Positions 19,175 to 29,413 of a DNA stretch of 64,000 nt are shown piece after piece. Below the pieces are notes generated by a model. The model saw only the letters and a program-made list of their open reading frames with translations, did not search any database and was not told where the DNA came from. Source of the stretch: Spirochaetia bacterium (GTDB lineage: Bacteria > Spirochaetota > Spirochaetia > UBA9216); assembly GCA_965140585.1 (NCBI GenBank), contig OZ223267.1, positions 160,001-224,000 on the forward strand. The letters are read 5' to 3'. Position 1 is the stretch's first letter. Each line of letters opens with the position of its first letter. The position numbers were made by a program, and so were the translations under genes.

Positions 19175-20428
19175 ATGAACTCAAAAAAAATAAGCTTTTT
19201 GCTAAATGTTGTATTAATTATCAGTACGCTTATGCTCTCCGGATGTCCCGGTGTTACCGGCGGAAATGAAGATCCGGCTGCTGTTATAAAAATTGCAGCA
19301 ACTACAGCGGATGCTGGAGATGAACTTTTCTTCGATGCGTCTGACAGTTCGGATTCAGACGGAAGTATTTCAGAATACAGCTGGAACTTCGGAGATGGAA
19401 GCAGTCTGGAAACTGATGAATCAGTTTCGCATGCATTCAGTACAGCCGGTTCATATACTGTTGAACTCATAGTGACCGACAATGATGGAGCCGAAGATTC
19501 TGCATCAGTTATAATGACAATTATTTCTCCGGCAGTACTGAATACCGCACCTGTCGCAGACATTCAGACATCTTCTACAACAGTCAAAACTGGTACTTCA
19601 TTAGAGTTTGATGGAAGCGGAAGCTATGATTCAGATGGTTCAATCAGTTCATACAGCTGGGATTTCGGTGATGGAAATACTTCAAGTCTGGGGCCTCTGG
19701 TATCCCATGTTTATTCATCAGCAGGGTCTTATACAGCCGTGCTGACAGTAGAAGATGATGATGGTTATACTGACGATTTCGAAATTGAGATTACTGTAGT
19801 TGATAATCTCCTTCCTTCTGCTTCATTCACGACCTCTGACTGCTCAGTACAGATTGGAGATGCGATTAATTTGGACGCCTCGGCAAGTGAAGATCCAGAC
19901 GGCACAATAGTGTCATATGACTGGGATTTTGGAGATGGAAATTACGATACGGGAGAAACTTTATCGCATACCTATACTGCAGCCGGAGGTTATACGGTAA
20001 TTCTGACAGTAGCTGATGATGCAGGCGGCACGGATATTGAAATGATTTCAATCACAGTAAGTGACGGAACTTATGATCCGCCTTCGGCTAATGCCGGTGA
20101 TGATCAGGATGTTGATCTTGATTCTGTTTCAGAAGTTGTGCTTGATGCTTCCGGAAGCAGTGCATCATCAGGGCATTCAATAAGTTCCTACCTATGGACT
20201 TTTTACTCGAAACCAGATGGCAGTACACTTACAAATTCCGACATCACCGATTCGACCAATGTTATAGCAGGGTTTGATATAGCCGATGAAGAATGTTCAC
20301 ACGATGATAACGGGGACTTTGTTTATATCATGAAGCTTCTGGTGACAGATGATACATCAGTAAGTTCAACTGACTATATGACCGTAACAGCTACAGGAAG
20401 CAGCATTGTTACTGTGATAATTTATTAA
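19175..20428 (+). CDS. PKD-repeat lipoprotein (3 canonical PKD + 1 PKD-like domain + C-terminal strand)
   Basis: Lipobox LSGC; three W(N/D)FGDG motifs; ANAGDDQ domain. Confidence 0.85.
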   Translation: MNSKKISFLLNVVLIISTLMLSGCPGVTGGNEDPAAVIKIAATTADAGDELFFDASDSSDSDGSISEYSWNFGDGSSLETDESVSHAFSTAGSYTVELIVTDNDGAEDSASVIMTIISPAVLNTAPVADIQTSSTTVKTGTSLEFDGSGSYDSDGSISSYSWDFGDGNTSSLGPLVSHVYSSAGSYTAVLTVEDDDGYTDDFEIEITVVDNLLPSASFTTSDCSVQIGDAINLDASASEDPDGTIVSYDWDFGDGNYDTGETLSHTYTAAGGYTVILTVADDAGGTDIEMISITVSDGTYDPPSANAGDDQDVDLDSVSEVVLDASGSSASSGHSISSYLWTFYSKPDGSTLTNSDITDSTNVIAGFDIADEECSHDDNGDFVYIMKLLVTDDTSVSSTDYMTVTATGSSIVTVIIY

Positions 20429-20437
20429 GGTGGAAAT

Positions 20438-22279
20438 ATGAAAAGTAAAATATTAACAATTTTAATTATTATCTGTGCCGGTTTTTTTATCTCCTGTGAT
20501 AATCCATTATCGAGTATTGACTCAAACGATGTAATTATTACCGGAAGCCTGTCTAGTTCAGAGAGTACGATCGGAGAAACCGGTACAGTTTCTTTTTCAT
20601 TTAAAGCGGTGTCCGATGATATAAAGAACCTGACATCTTCTGCTCAGGAGGAAAACTCCAGACTCTTCTTTTTTATCAATACTTACGAAATTAATATCAA
20701 AGATAGTAATGGAGATGTTCTGGGAACATTTAGCGGCAGTTCCTCAAGTATGTTCGGTTCTGCAGTTATTGCAAGTGTTGCAAATATTCCATACGGTTCT
20801 GGATATTCCGCTGAAGTAAAAGTATATAATCCTGATGTATCATCAATAGAGCCGGTTCTTCTCGGCACATCCTCAGACTTTGATCTCGGCCGTGAAAATG
20901 TTTCTGTGTCTGTGTATCTATTTCCTTTCAACGCTGTTTCTTTAACTGATGGATATTCTGAAGACATAGAGCTCGTCACATGCGTGTATGATTATCAGGA
21001 TAGTCATGATTTTGCTTCAACAGGAGGGGAGTACTGGTATTCAGTGACCCCTGAAGCTTTTCCCGTTACTTTCACAATGACTCCGGATTCAGAATCTGCC
21101 CCCTATTTTATCGCATGGGATTCGGATGGTATAAGCAGTGATGGTTCTACAGATGATTATGTTCTAACCGGACAGTATGGTGATCAGGTTGTGGTGACTG
21201 CATTGGGTATGGATATTGGAAAAACCTACTATATTGGGGTTGTATTATTTTCTGAAGTAAAAGAAAGCCATGAACTTCTATTTGAGTTTGACAACGGTAC
21301 TCCTTTTCCCGGTGATGTATATGAGCCCAATAACGGCTATGATGATGCTTACGAAATTACAGCAGGAACCGATTACTTTCCGAATTTTAACTACACCGGA
21401 GATTATGATTATTACAAGATAGATATCAGTGAAGGTTCTACATATATGATTGATCCGGCTCCATATGGAACAGCCAGCAGCAGCCTATATGTATTTTTAC
21501 TAGATGAAGTTGAAGAGTATATAAGCTCTGTTTCCCAATCTGATACAGATGGCGACGGATATCAAGAATCAGGTTATCTCGCCACATATACTGGGGAAAT
21601 GAGAATTGGATTTTATGGTACCTTTGGAGATTATTCGTTTACTGTAATCGAAAATACACACCCCACAGCCAGCTTTACATATACCCCGTCTCCTGCAGAA
21701 ACGGATATGCCTGTTCTTTTTGACGGAACCTCTAGTACTGATGCTGATGATACTATAGTTTCATGGATTTGGGATTTCGGAGATGGGAGCAGTGACAGCG
21801 GAGAGTCCGTATCGCATATTTATACTGAGGTAAGCGAATATCTGGTATCTCTTACCTGCACTGATTCCGCTGGAGCAACAAGTACAACTTTGCAGAAGGT
21901 TGTTGTTAACAGTGTATCGAATTATGCACCCTCTGCGGATGCCGGTCCGGATCAGAATTTAGATACCGATGTTGACGGAACAGTAGTTTACCTTGACGGA
22001 TCCGGAAGTACTGACACTCTGCCCGGCACCATAGCAGGCTATAATTGGATGTTCTATTCATATCCGGAAGGCTGCTGGTCACCTGATTTCAGCCTTTACG
22101 GAAGTAATACTGTATCTGCTTATTTTGATATTGATGACGTAGGTGGAGATCCCGATTTAAACGGTGAATTGGAATATGAACTTTTGCTAATAGTGACCGA
22201 TGACGGGGGTGCCACTTCATTTGATTTTGTCACAATTAATGTGACTGGCAGCGGTTCACTAAACATAATTGTGGAATAA
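20438..22279 (+). CDS. Mosaic lipoprotein: pilin-like N-module, PPC-like, PKD and PKD-like domains
   Basis: Lipobox FISC; DVYEPNN, WDFGDG, ADAGPDQ. Confidence 0.8.
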   Translation: MKSKILTILIIICAGFFISCDNPLSSIDSNDVIITGSLSSSESTIGETGTVSFSFKAVSDDIKNLTSSAQEENSRLFFFINTYEINIKDSNGDVLGTFSGSSSSMFGSAVIASVANIPYGSGYSAEVKVYNPDVSSIEPVLLGTSSDFDLGRENVSVSVYLFPFNAVSLTDGYSEDIELVTCVYDYQDSHDFASTGGEYWYSVTPEAFPVTFTMTPDSESAPYFIAWDSDGISSDGSTDDYVLTGQYGDQVVVTALGMDIGKTYYIGVVLFSEVKESHELLFEFDNGTPFPGDVYEPNNGYDDAYEITAGTDYFPNFNYTGDYDYYKIDISEGSTYMIDPAPYGTASSSLYVFLLDEVEEYISSVSQSDTDGDGYQESGYLATYTGEMRIGFYGTFGDYSFTVIENTHPTASFTYTPSPAETDMPVLFDGTSSTDADDTIVSWIWDFGDGSSDSGESVSHIYTEVSEYLVSLTCTDSAGATSTTLQKVVVNSVSNYAPSADAGPDQNLDTDVDGTVVYLDGSGSTDTLPGTIAGYNWMFYSYPEGCWSPDFSLYGSNTVSAYFDIDDVGGDPDLNGELEYELLLIVTDDGGATSFDFVTINVTGSGSLNIIVE

Positions 22280-22289
22280 AGGTAAGTCT

Positions 22290-23843
22290 ATGAAACATAT
22301 TAATAAAATAATATTAAATATTCTGCTATCAATAGGTATTTTTATAATAATGTCCTGCCCTGAGCCGCTGAGTGTTTCGCAGGAACTATCTGAGAATTCA
22401 GAAGTTGAAATGCTGGCTTCTGAATCCCTGAAACAGTCCGGGTCTTTTGTGATAAAAATCCCGACAGTTTCCTCATATCTTCTCGAGGCCCTGGGAGCTG
22501 CGAAGGACTCTGTACCAGCTGAAAGCAGAGCTCTGATGCTTGCCAGAGAAGTTGAAGTTTTTCTTTATAATTCTGCAGGTACACTTATTGATTCAAGCAC
22601 AGGTTCTAATAATAGTGATGATGGATATTATGCGGTTGGATTCAGCGATATTCCCTACGGAGGCGGTTATGAGGTTGAAGTCAATGTTTACAACAGTGAT
22701 GTTTCAGATACTGCGCCCATTCTGACTGGGGGGGCAAGCAATATTGAAATAGGCGCCGGCATTAATGATCAATATGTATTTCTTATTCCTGCAGATCCTG
22801 AAATTATAAGTATGAGTGATTCAGAGAGTATAAAAAGTATCGAATATGATTTTGATAATGATTTGATCTCTGAGTTCGGTGGCGAGAAATGGTACTCCTT
22901 TTCACCGGCAACGGATTTCGTAGAGATTACAGTAACTCCGGATTCTGTCTCCGGTGTTTATGCTGTCTTATACGACAGCTCGGGAGATTTTATTGAATCA
23001 GCAGTCAGTGAAGGTCTGGAAGACTCCGGAACCTTTGGGAATCCGGCTGTTATAATTGCCGATGTTTCCTGGGACAGTACCTGCTATATCGGAATTGTGT
23101 CAGTTGCATCTGCGGCCGAAACACATAGTTTCGAGATACAGATTGGAGAACCAGATCCTGTATCTTTTGTGGTTAATTTGTCGGATAGTGGCGCCTATGA
23201 AAGCTCAGATGTGTTTTACAGCGTGATGTCATCGTACGATGATGATCCTTTTTCTGATCAGGTAGCATATGCCACTTCTCTCATTTCATCCGGAACAGCT
23301 TTTGCAACCATGCTTGATGTTACTGACGATTCTACCTGGGAAAATCTTGGTACCTGGTATATCTATATTTTAATCGATGCTGATGGTGATGGAAATGAAA
23401 GTCTCGGTGATGCTTATTTGCTTTACAGTTTTTGCCTACCCTTTGATTCGGTCTTAAACCTGAACACATCAGATATTACCTCAATTCTCGGGCCGGACAT
23501 CTATGAGGATGATAATGTTTATACGGATGCAGCAGAAATTTATACAGATACACCCCAGTTTAGAAGTCTACATGAAGAGGGTGATGAGGACTGGGTGTCC
23601 TTCACGCCTGTTTCGGGGACAACATATGTTATTGAAACACTTCTTTCTGATGTAAACGTTGATACATATTTGAATTTATATAACAGCAGTATCGAGTTGA
23701 TTACTTCAGATGATGATGGAGGTGATGATAATTTCTCAAAAATTACATACACTGCCGATTCCTCTGATACCCTTTATATCAAGGTAAGCGGTTATAATCC
23801 TTCTATAACTGGGAATTATATACTGTCAATTACAGAAAATTAA
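22290..23843 (+). CDS. Lipoprotein: pilin-like N-module plus C-terminal PPC-like domain
   Basis: Lipobox IMSC; DIYEDDN...DEDWVSF...DTYLNLY...DDDGG; start moved to ATG 22290. Confidence 0.8.
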   Translation: MKHINKIILNILLSIGIFIIMSCPEPLSVSQELSENSEVEMLASESLKQSGSFVIKIPTVSSYLLEALGAAKDSVPAESRALMLAREVEVFLYNSAGTLIDSSTGSNNSDDGYYAVGFSDIPYGGGYEVEVNVYNSDVSDTAPILTGGASNIEIGAGINDQYVFLIPADPEIISMSDSESIKSIEYDFDNDLISEFGGEKWYSFSPATDFVEITVTPDSVSGVYAVLYDSSGDFIESAVSEGLEDSGTFGNPAVIIADVSWDSTCYIGIVSVASAAETHSFEIQIGEPDPVSFVVNLSDSGAYESSDVFYSVMSSYDDDPFSDQVAYATSLISSGTAFATMLDVTDDSTWENLGTWYIYILIDADGDGNESLGDAYLLYSFCLPFDSVLNLNTSDITSILGPDIYEDDNVYTDAAEIYTDTPQFRSLHEEGDEDWVSFTPVSGTTYVIETLLSDVNVDTYLNLYNSSIELITSDDDGGDDNFSKITYTADSSDTLYIKVSGYNPSITGNYILSITEN

Positions 23844-23854
23844 AAAATTATTCA

Positions 23855-23881
23855 AGGCTGCCGGGGTATTCCCGGCAGCCT
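23855..23881 (+). terminator. Hairpin ending the lipoprotein operon
   Basis: aggctgccggg-gtatt-cccggcagcct. Confidence 0.65.
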
Positions 23882-23960
23882 CAAGTCTTGCATTTGTAAT
23901 TCTCATTTGCTCAAATTGTTCTTGCTTTTCCTGGTTTGGGTAGATTAAAATTATGTTAAG

Positions 23961-26078
23961 GTGAAGTTTAAGAGCAAATTATTTTTTTCATTTTCAACCA
24001 AGCTGATTCTGGTATTTATCCTGCTGTTAAGTATATCAAGCCTCATCACCGGTCTAACCGCTTATCTTGTGGCCAGAAATGAACTCAACAGAAAAGGCGG
24101 CCAGATTCTTAAAAACAGTGTTGTTCAGTCTATCGATCTGATAGAGTCCGAGCACGAGCGGCTTAACTCAGCTCACTACTCACTGGAAACTTTACAGGAG
24201 CATATTAAAGAAGTCCTTATGGGGCCTTTGGACCCGCAGCTTGGAATCCGAACTCTTCATCATCGTATTGACCTTGGAGCAAATGGTTATTTTATAATTT
24301 ATAATTCTGCCGGTGATGAAATCATGCATCCTACACTCGAGGGGCAGAATGTGATTGATGTAACCAGTTTTGATGACGATAAAAGGTTTCTGGTTCAGGA
24401 TCAGATTGATGCCGGAAAATCAGGTGGTGGTTTTACATACTATTCCTGGATGCTTCCGCATTCCACCAAAATAGCCAGAAAAATATCCTACAGTGAATAC
24501 TATGAGCCATGGGACTGGATAGTTGTTGCTACCGCTTACGAAATTGATTTTAACAGGGGGGCATCAGTAATTCTCCTGGCAATTGTTATTACTATGATGC
24601 TTCTGATTATCTCTGTATCATTTCTAATAATTAAATTTGTTCGAGGAGTCACAACTCCGATTTTTAAGATAGTCGAGGGCTTTGGAAAAGTTACCGTTAA
24701 CCAGCTTGTGGAAGTCGAGAACACTTCCCGTCGGGATGAAATAGGGATGCTCATTGATGGTTATAATCATATGATCAGTTCACTTCAGGAAGCGAATGAA
24801 AATATCGCAGAGAAGGATGATTATATTAAATTTCTTGCCTTTCATGATGATCTTACAGGACTTCCTAACCGCCATGGAATTGAGGAGCACATATCCGGAA
24901 GAATAAAAACCGGCTGTAATGCCGCCTACATGGTTCAGGCAGATATCTGGGGGCTGAATATAATTAACTCGGCATTGGGGTATAAACAGGGGGACAGGCT
25001 CCTGCAGGTAATAGGAGAGTATTTTTTAAAGTCAGAGAATAAGGATCTTTACCTTGCAAGAACCAGCAGTAATGAATTTACAATGTGGGTGGAAAACAGG
25101 AGTCACAAGGAAATATCAGAGCTTGTTTATGATTTAAGAAAATCTGTAAAAGATTATATTAATAAGAGTGGTTACGGACGCCTTGTTAATATGCATCTTG
25201 CCATGACAACGTATCCTCTTGACGGCAATACTTTCAGTGAGCTTTATGAAAAGACCTGTATTGCACTTAAAACAGCAAAAGACAGCAATTCTTTAAAACT
25301 CAACGAATATCTTGATGATTTCAAGGAAAATATTGAGAATGAACTATCAATGCGGCAGTATCTTACTAAGGCTCTTGAAGAAGATGAGATACGTGCTTTT
25401 TACCAGGCTCAGGTAGATATAGCTACCGGATTCGTCGCAGGTGTTGAAGCTCTAGCCCGCTGGGAATCTATTGAACTTGGCTATGTTCCTCCGTCAATTT
25501 TCATCCCAGCTATCAGCAGTCAGAACCTGGTAAATGAATTCAGCCTTTATATGATCGATAAGGTCCTTGGTGATTATTCCGCATTGAAGCAGAAATACAA
25601 CGAGGACATCAGTGTTTCAATTAATATTTCTCCATCCTACTTTATGGATAAGAGCTTTCTTGATAATCTTAATACACGACTGAAAAAATATTCAATACCA
25701 GCTGAAAAACTCACACTGGAAATAACAGAGGATGTCTTTATATCGGATATAGATAAGATTAACAGTATAATCAGTCAGCTGCATAACATGGGGGTCAGAA
25801 TATCAATTGATGACTTTGGAACAGGTTATTCGTCATTAAATTATCTGACAAAGATGAATTTTGATGAGATGAAGATAGATAAAAGTTTTATAAATAAGAT
25901 AATAGAGGAACCGAAATCCATGGAGCTTTTTAAAGTTCTGTGCCAGATAGCTGAAATATATGATTATGAAATTGTTGCAGAGGGAGTAGAGACGGAACTT
26001 CAGCTTGAAATGATAAAAACTACCCCGCTTCGAATTGTGCAGGGATACCTTTTTTCTAAGCCGGAACCACTGCAATAA
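23961..26078 (+). CDS. Cache-HAMP-GGDEF(degenerate)-EAL c-di-GMP phosphodiesterase
   Basis: Two TMs around a Cache domain (GYFIIYN...HPTLEG); HAMP DEIG; SSNEF replaces GGDEF; EALARW, DDFGTGYSS, EGVE. Confidence 0.85.
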   Translation: MKFKSKLFFSFSTKLILVFILLLSISSLITGLTAYLVARNELNRKGGQILKNSVVQSIDLIESEHERLNSAHYSLETLQEHIKEVLMGPLDPQLGIRTLHHRIDLGANGYFIIYNSAGDEIMHPTLEGQNVIDVTSFDDDKRFLVQDQIDAGKSGGGFTYYSWMLPHSTKIARKISYSEYYEPWDWIVVATAYEIDFNRGASVILLAIVITMMLLIISVSFLIIKFVRGVTTPIFKIVEGFGKVTVNQLVEVENTSRRDEIGMLIDGYNHMISSLQEANENIAEKDDYIKFLAFHDDLTGLPNRHGIEEHISGRIKTGCNAAYMVQADIWGLNIINSALGYKQGDRLLQVIGEYFLKSENKDLYLARTSSNEFTMWVENRSHKEISELVYDLRKSVKDYINKSGYGRLVNMHLAMTTYPLDGNTFSELYEKTCIALKTAKDSNSLKLNEYLDDFKENIENELSMRQYLTKALEEDEIRAFYQAQVDIATGFVAGVEALARWESIELGYVPPSIFIPAISSQNLVNEFSLYMIDKVLGDYSALKQKYNEDISVSINISPSYFMDKSFLDNLNTRLKKYSIPAEKLTLEITEDVFISDIDKINSIISQLHNMGVRISIDDFGTGYSSLNYLTKMNFDEMKIDKSFINKIIEEPKSMELFKVLCQIAEIYDYEIVAEGVETELQLEMIKTTPLRIVQGYLFSKPEPLQ

Positions 26079-26105
26079 AAAAGCCGGAATCACCCGGCTT
26101 TTTTA
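26077..26105. terminator. Bidirectional terminator
   Basis: aaaaaagccgg-aatcac-ccggctttttt. Confidence 0.8.
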
Positions 26106-26120
26106 TAATGTAAATCCTGT

Positions 26121-26591
26121 TTAGAACCAGAATCTGAATCCAACAGCAGACTGAAGTCCCCAGTTCGGAAAACTGAAATTATCTCCAAGTGTTACGCCGA
26201 CAGCCGGGGCTACTTCAAGAAAAAGTTCCAGAACATCAATGGGGAATATCTGGAGTCCAACAGGTATTCTGGCACCAATCTGAAAGTTGGTAGAATTACC
26301 AAGACCAAGAACTCCGTAACCGCCAAGTCCTGCATACAGATTTAGAATACCTGCAAGATGTTCATGATAGAGCCACCAGTCAGCAGTTAATCCAAGATTG
26401 AATTGATCAGAATTACCTGAAGCACTGATTCCCAGCAGGGGCCAGTCACTGTATTTTAATGACAAAGCGCCTGAATACGGAGAACTTCCAATAGGGTCAA
26501 AACCGAATGCTCCGCCGATACCGATTGCGAAAGAGCTGGCAGCCGTTATTACAAGCAGAATGACTGCAATAGCTATTATTTTCTTTTTCAT
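26121..26591 (-). CDS. Small outer-membrane beta-barrel protein (spirochaete DUF3996-like)
   Basis: Signal peptide; GLTADWW, YAGLGG, GARIPVGL, ELFLEVAP; ends GFRFWF. Confidence 0.7.
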   Translation of the reverse strand: MKKKIIAIAVILLVITAASSFAIGIGGAFGFDPIGSSPYSGALSLKYSDWPLLGISASGNSDQFNLGLTADWWLYHEHLAGILNLYAGLGGYGVLGLGNSTNFQIGARIPVGLQIFPIDVLELFLEVAPAVGVTLGDNFSFPNWGLQSAVGFRFWF

Positions 26592-26714
26592 GTTTCCTCC
26601 AAAAAAGTTGTTGTAAATAATATAAACTCTAAATCTTGATTTTTCACCATATATCCAATGCAATTAATGAAAATTTATTGTAATATCAGTAAAAATACAT
26701 TCTGGAGTGAATAA

Positions 26715-27776
26715 ATGAATAAGGTGATTCTTAAGGCCGCTGATCTGGATGGGTATCTGACAGATTGCGACAAAGAAAATCTGGCTAAGATGGAAGTCTA
26801 TTATAACGAAGCTATGGAGCAGTTTGCTACTATCAGCTCTTCAAATTTTACTGACAAAAGTGAATCAAGTAAAAAGGAACTTATTTCCATCTACAACAAA
26901 ATGGGTGTACTTATGCAGGAGATAACAAACGAGATTCCTGCTATCAAGGTCTATTCTTTTGAGACCCCCAGAGAAAATCACGGTGAAGCTTCCCGGCTGA
27001 TTGCAAAGCTTAGAGATGTAAGAACTGAGCATCATGAATTTCTTTACTACATTCAGCGGGCTTATGAAATGCTGTTTAACCTGGCATATGGCGGAGCAAG
27101 TTCCAAAAAAAATTACCTTATTACAAAAACTCCTGTAAACATGCCTGTTCAGAATTACGCTGTTCACAAGATCCCGGATGCTGATGAGCAGATCGAGAAT
27201 TCAGTTATGTGTGTAATGCTTCGAGGAGCGCTTCTTCCGTCGATGATTATGAGTAAGGAAATACAGGAATATTCTTCAGAGGGCTATGTTACACCCTTTG
27301 CCTTATTTAAGATAAACAGAGATGATTCCAAGAAAGAATTAAACATGGAATATATACTCGATCTTGAAAAATCATACTTTGATCTTGAAAGTCTTGATGG
27401 GAAAGATCTTATCTTTGCTGACCCGATGAATGCTACCGGTGGAAGTCTGGTTACAATAGTGAAATACTTACTTGAAAACGGCGTGAAACCTAAATCCATC
27501 AAATTTTTCAATGTTATTTCTGCACTTAAAGGTTCTTTACGTATAGTCAGAGCTCTGGAAAATGTAACTGTTTATACACTATGGATGGATCCGATTCTTA
27601 ATGAAAAAGCATACATAATGCCGGGTCTTGGAGATGCCGGAGACAGACTTAATGGAAGCGATGCAGAAGAAGCTCCGCGAAACATTATTCAGCTCATTGC
27701 TGATTATGGAGTAAATATCTCTCAGCTGTACCGATCTCAGGTTCGGAAAATCGAAGAAACAGTCCTGGGAGGCTGA
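26715..27776 (+). CDS. upp: Uracil phosphoribosyltransferase, long form
   Basis: [13 protein letters not shown] motif; [12 protein letters not shown] uracil motif. Confidence 0.85.
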   Translation: MNKVILKAADLDGYLTDCDKENLAKMEVYYNEAMEQFATISSSNFTDKSESSKKELISIYNKMGVLMQEITNEIPAIKVYSFETPRENHGEASRLIAKLRDVRTEHHEFLYYIQRAYEMLFNLAYGGASSKKNYLITKTPVNMPVQNYAVHKIPDADEQIENSVMCVMLRGALLPSMIMSKEIQEYSSEGYVTPFALFKINRDDSKKELNMEYILDLEKSYFDLESLDGKDLIFADPMNATGGSLVTIVKYLLENGVKPKSIKFFNVISALKGSLRIVRALENVTVYTLWMDPILNEKAYIMPGLGDAGDRLNGSDAEEAPRNIIQLIADYGVNISQLYRSQVRKIEETVLGG

Positions 27777-27782
27777 TGATTA

Positions 27783-28748
27783 ATGTTTTCTCATCCCTCC
27801 GGTAAGGTTTTTATCTTATTTTACAGCTCTCTTTTGGTTGCTGTTACACTTTCCTGCGGTACTGTTGCTAATGTGTCTGTAGAAGAGACGGCGACAGCAT
27901 GGTACAACCTGGGCAATGCCTATACTGAGCTGGGCCGGAATGAAGAAGCAGTTGAAGCCTTTGTGAGGGCGAGAGAGCTGGACCCCTCACTTTTCAGCGC
28001 CGGTTATAATCTTGCCCGGGTTTATATCTATCTTGAAAATTATGATGACAGTATTGATGAACTGCAGGGGCTTCTTGAAGTAGATCCCGAAAACCGGATC
28101 GCTAAGGAAACTCTTGCATGGGTTTATCATCTGCAGGGTGATGATGAAAAAGCCCTTGATGTGTATCTTGAACTGATAAGTCAATCTCAATTCAGCAGAA
28201 ATTCTCTCTACAATGTTGCAGCTATCTATGATGCACAGGGAGAAAAGGAAAAGGCGGTTCAGTATTACGAGACATTGGTTGATAATTTCCCGCAAGAAAC
28301 CACTGTATACAGGAATCTTGCTATTCTGTCCAACGAGGCTCTTGATTATGATAAAGCCTTGTTGTGGTCAGCCAAGTATACAGAATCGGCCGAAGACGAA
28401 TACCAGTCCTGGGAATTAAACGGAGACATCCTGAAAAATCTTAGCAGGTACGATGATGCACTTGATTCCTTTTTAAAGGCAGAACAGCTTGCTGAAAAAA
28501 ACTCAGAGAAGGGAAGGGTTATTTACAAGCAGGCGCGGATATATCTGACAATTATTGATGATTCAGAGAAAGGGCTGGAGCTTCTGAAGAAAGCAGTGGA
28601 AAATGAATGGAAAGATATCGATGCTGCAGAAGATCTATTATCTGATGAAGAACTTCCCTGGTATGAGGATGCTGCTGAAATTTTAAAAACTGTAATTAGT
28701 CAAAAGGAAAAAACTGAAGTAAGCGAGGCTGCGGCTGAAGAAGAATAA
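27783..28748 (+). CDS. TPR lipoprotein
   Basis: Lipobox TLSC; AWYNLGNAY-type TPRs. Confidence 0.8.
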   Translation: MFSHPSGKVFILFYSSLLVAVTLSCGTVANVSVEETATAWYNLGNAYTELGRNEEAVEAFVRARELDPSLFSAGYNLARVYIYLENYDDSIDELQGLLEVDPENRIAKETLAWVYHLQGDDEKALDVYLELISQSQFSRNSLYNVAAIYDAQGEKEKAVQYYETLVDNFPQETTVYRNLAILSNEALDYDKALLWSAKYTESAEDEYQSWELNGDILKNLSRYDDALDSFLKAEQLAEKNSEKGRVIYKQARIYLTIIDDSEKGLELLKKAVENEWKDIDAAEDLLSDEELPWYEDAAEILKTVISQKEKTEVSEAAAEEE

Positions 28749-28756
28749 TTTCCTGC

Positions 28757-28782
28757 TTAGAGCTTCATATTAGAAGCTCTAA
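28757..28782. terminator. Hairpin between convergent genes
   Basis: ttagagcttc-atatta-gaagctctaa. Confidence 0.6.
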
Positions 28783-28783
28783 A

Positions 28784-29413
28784 TCAGGAATTAACAGTTT
28801 TTATTGTATCCTTTAGGACATTTTCAACGCTCTGTGTTCCGTCGATATCAAAAAGACGATTTTTAGACTTATAATAATCTATAAGCGGTGCTGTCTGTTT
28901 TCTATAGACATTTAGTCTGTTCTGAACGGCTTCAGCTGCGTCATCGGCTCTGACATACAGCTCCCCGCCGCATTTATCACAGACGCCATCAACCTTCGGT
29001 TTTATGGTTTTGATGTGATAACCTTCGCCGCAGTTTTTACATAGTCTTCTGCCGCTGAGCCTGTCTACAACCTCTTCATCAGATACAATAAAGTTTATTA
29101 CCTTATCAATAGTACTGAATTCTGCCAGCGCATCAGCCTGTACGATGGTTCTTGGAAAACCATCCAGGATATAGCCTTTTAAAGCATCAGCTTCTGCCAG
29201 TCTTTCCTTTACAAGGGCTACTGTTAAATCATCGGGAACAAGATTTCCAGCTTCAATGATTGCCTGAACTTTGACACCAAGTTCCGTTTTGTTTTTAATT
29301 GCCTTTCTGAATAGATCTCCGGTTGAGATGTGGGGGATTCCCAGGTTTCCGCATGCCCGCGACGCAATTGTCCCTTTTCCGGCACCCGGGGGGCCTAAAA
29401 AAATCAGTTTCAT
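28784..29413 (-). CDS. adk: Adenylate kinase (zinc-lid type)
   Basis: GPPGAGKGT, STGDLFR, LDGFPRT; CKNC/CDKC lid. Confidence 0.95.
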   Translation of the reverse strand: MKLIFLGPPGAGKGTIASRACGNLGIPHISTGDLFRKAIKNKTELGVKVQAIIEAGNLVPDDLTVALVKERLAEADALKGYILDGFPRTIVQADALAEFSTIDKVINFIVSDEEVVDRLSGRRLCKNCGEGYHIKTIKPKVDGVCDKCGGELYVRADDAAEAVQNRLNVYRKQTAPLIDYYKSKNRLFDIDGTQSVENVLKDTIKTVNS

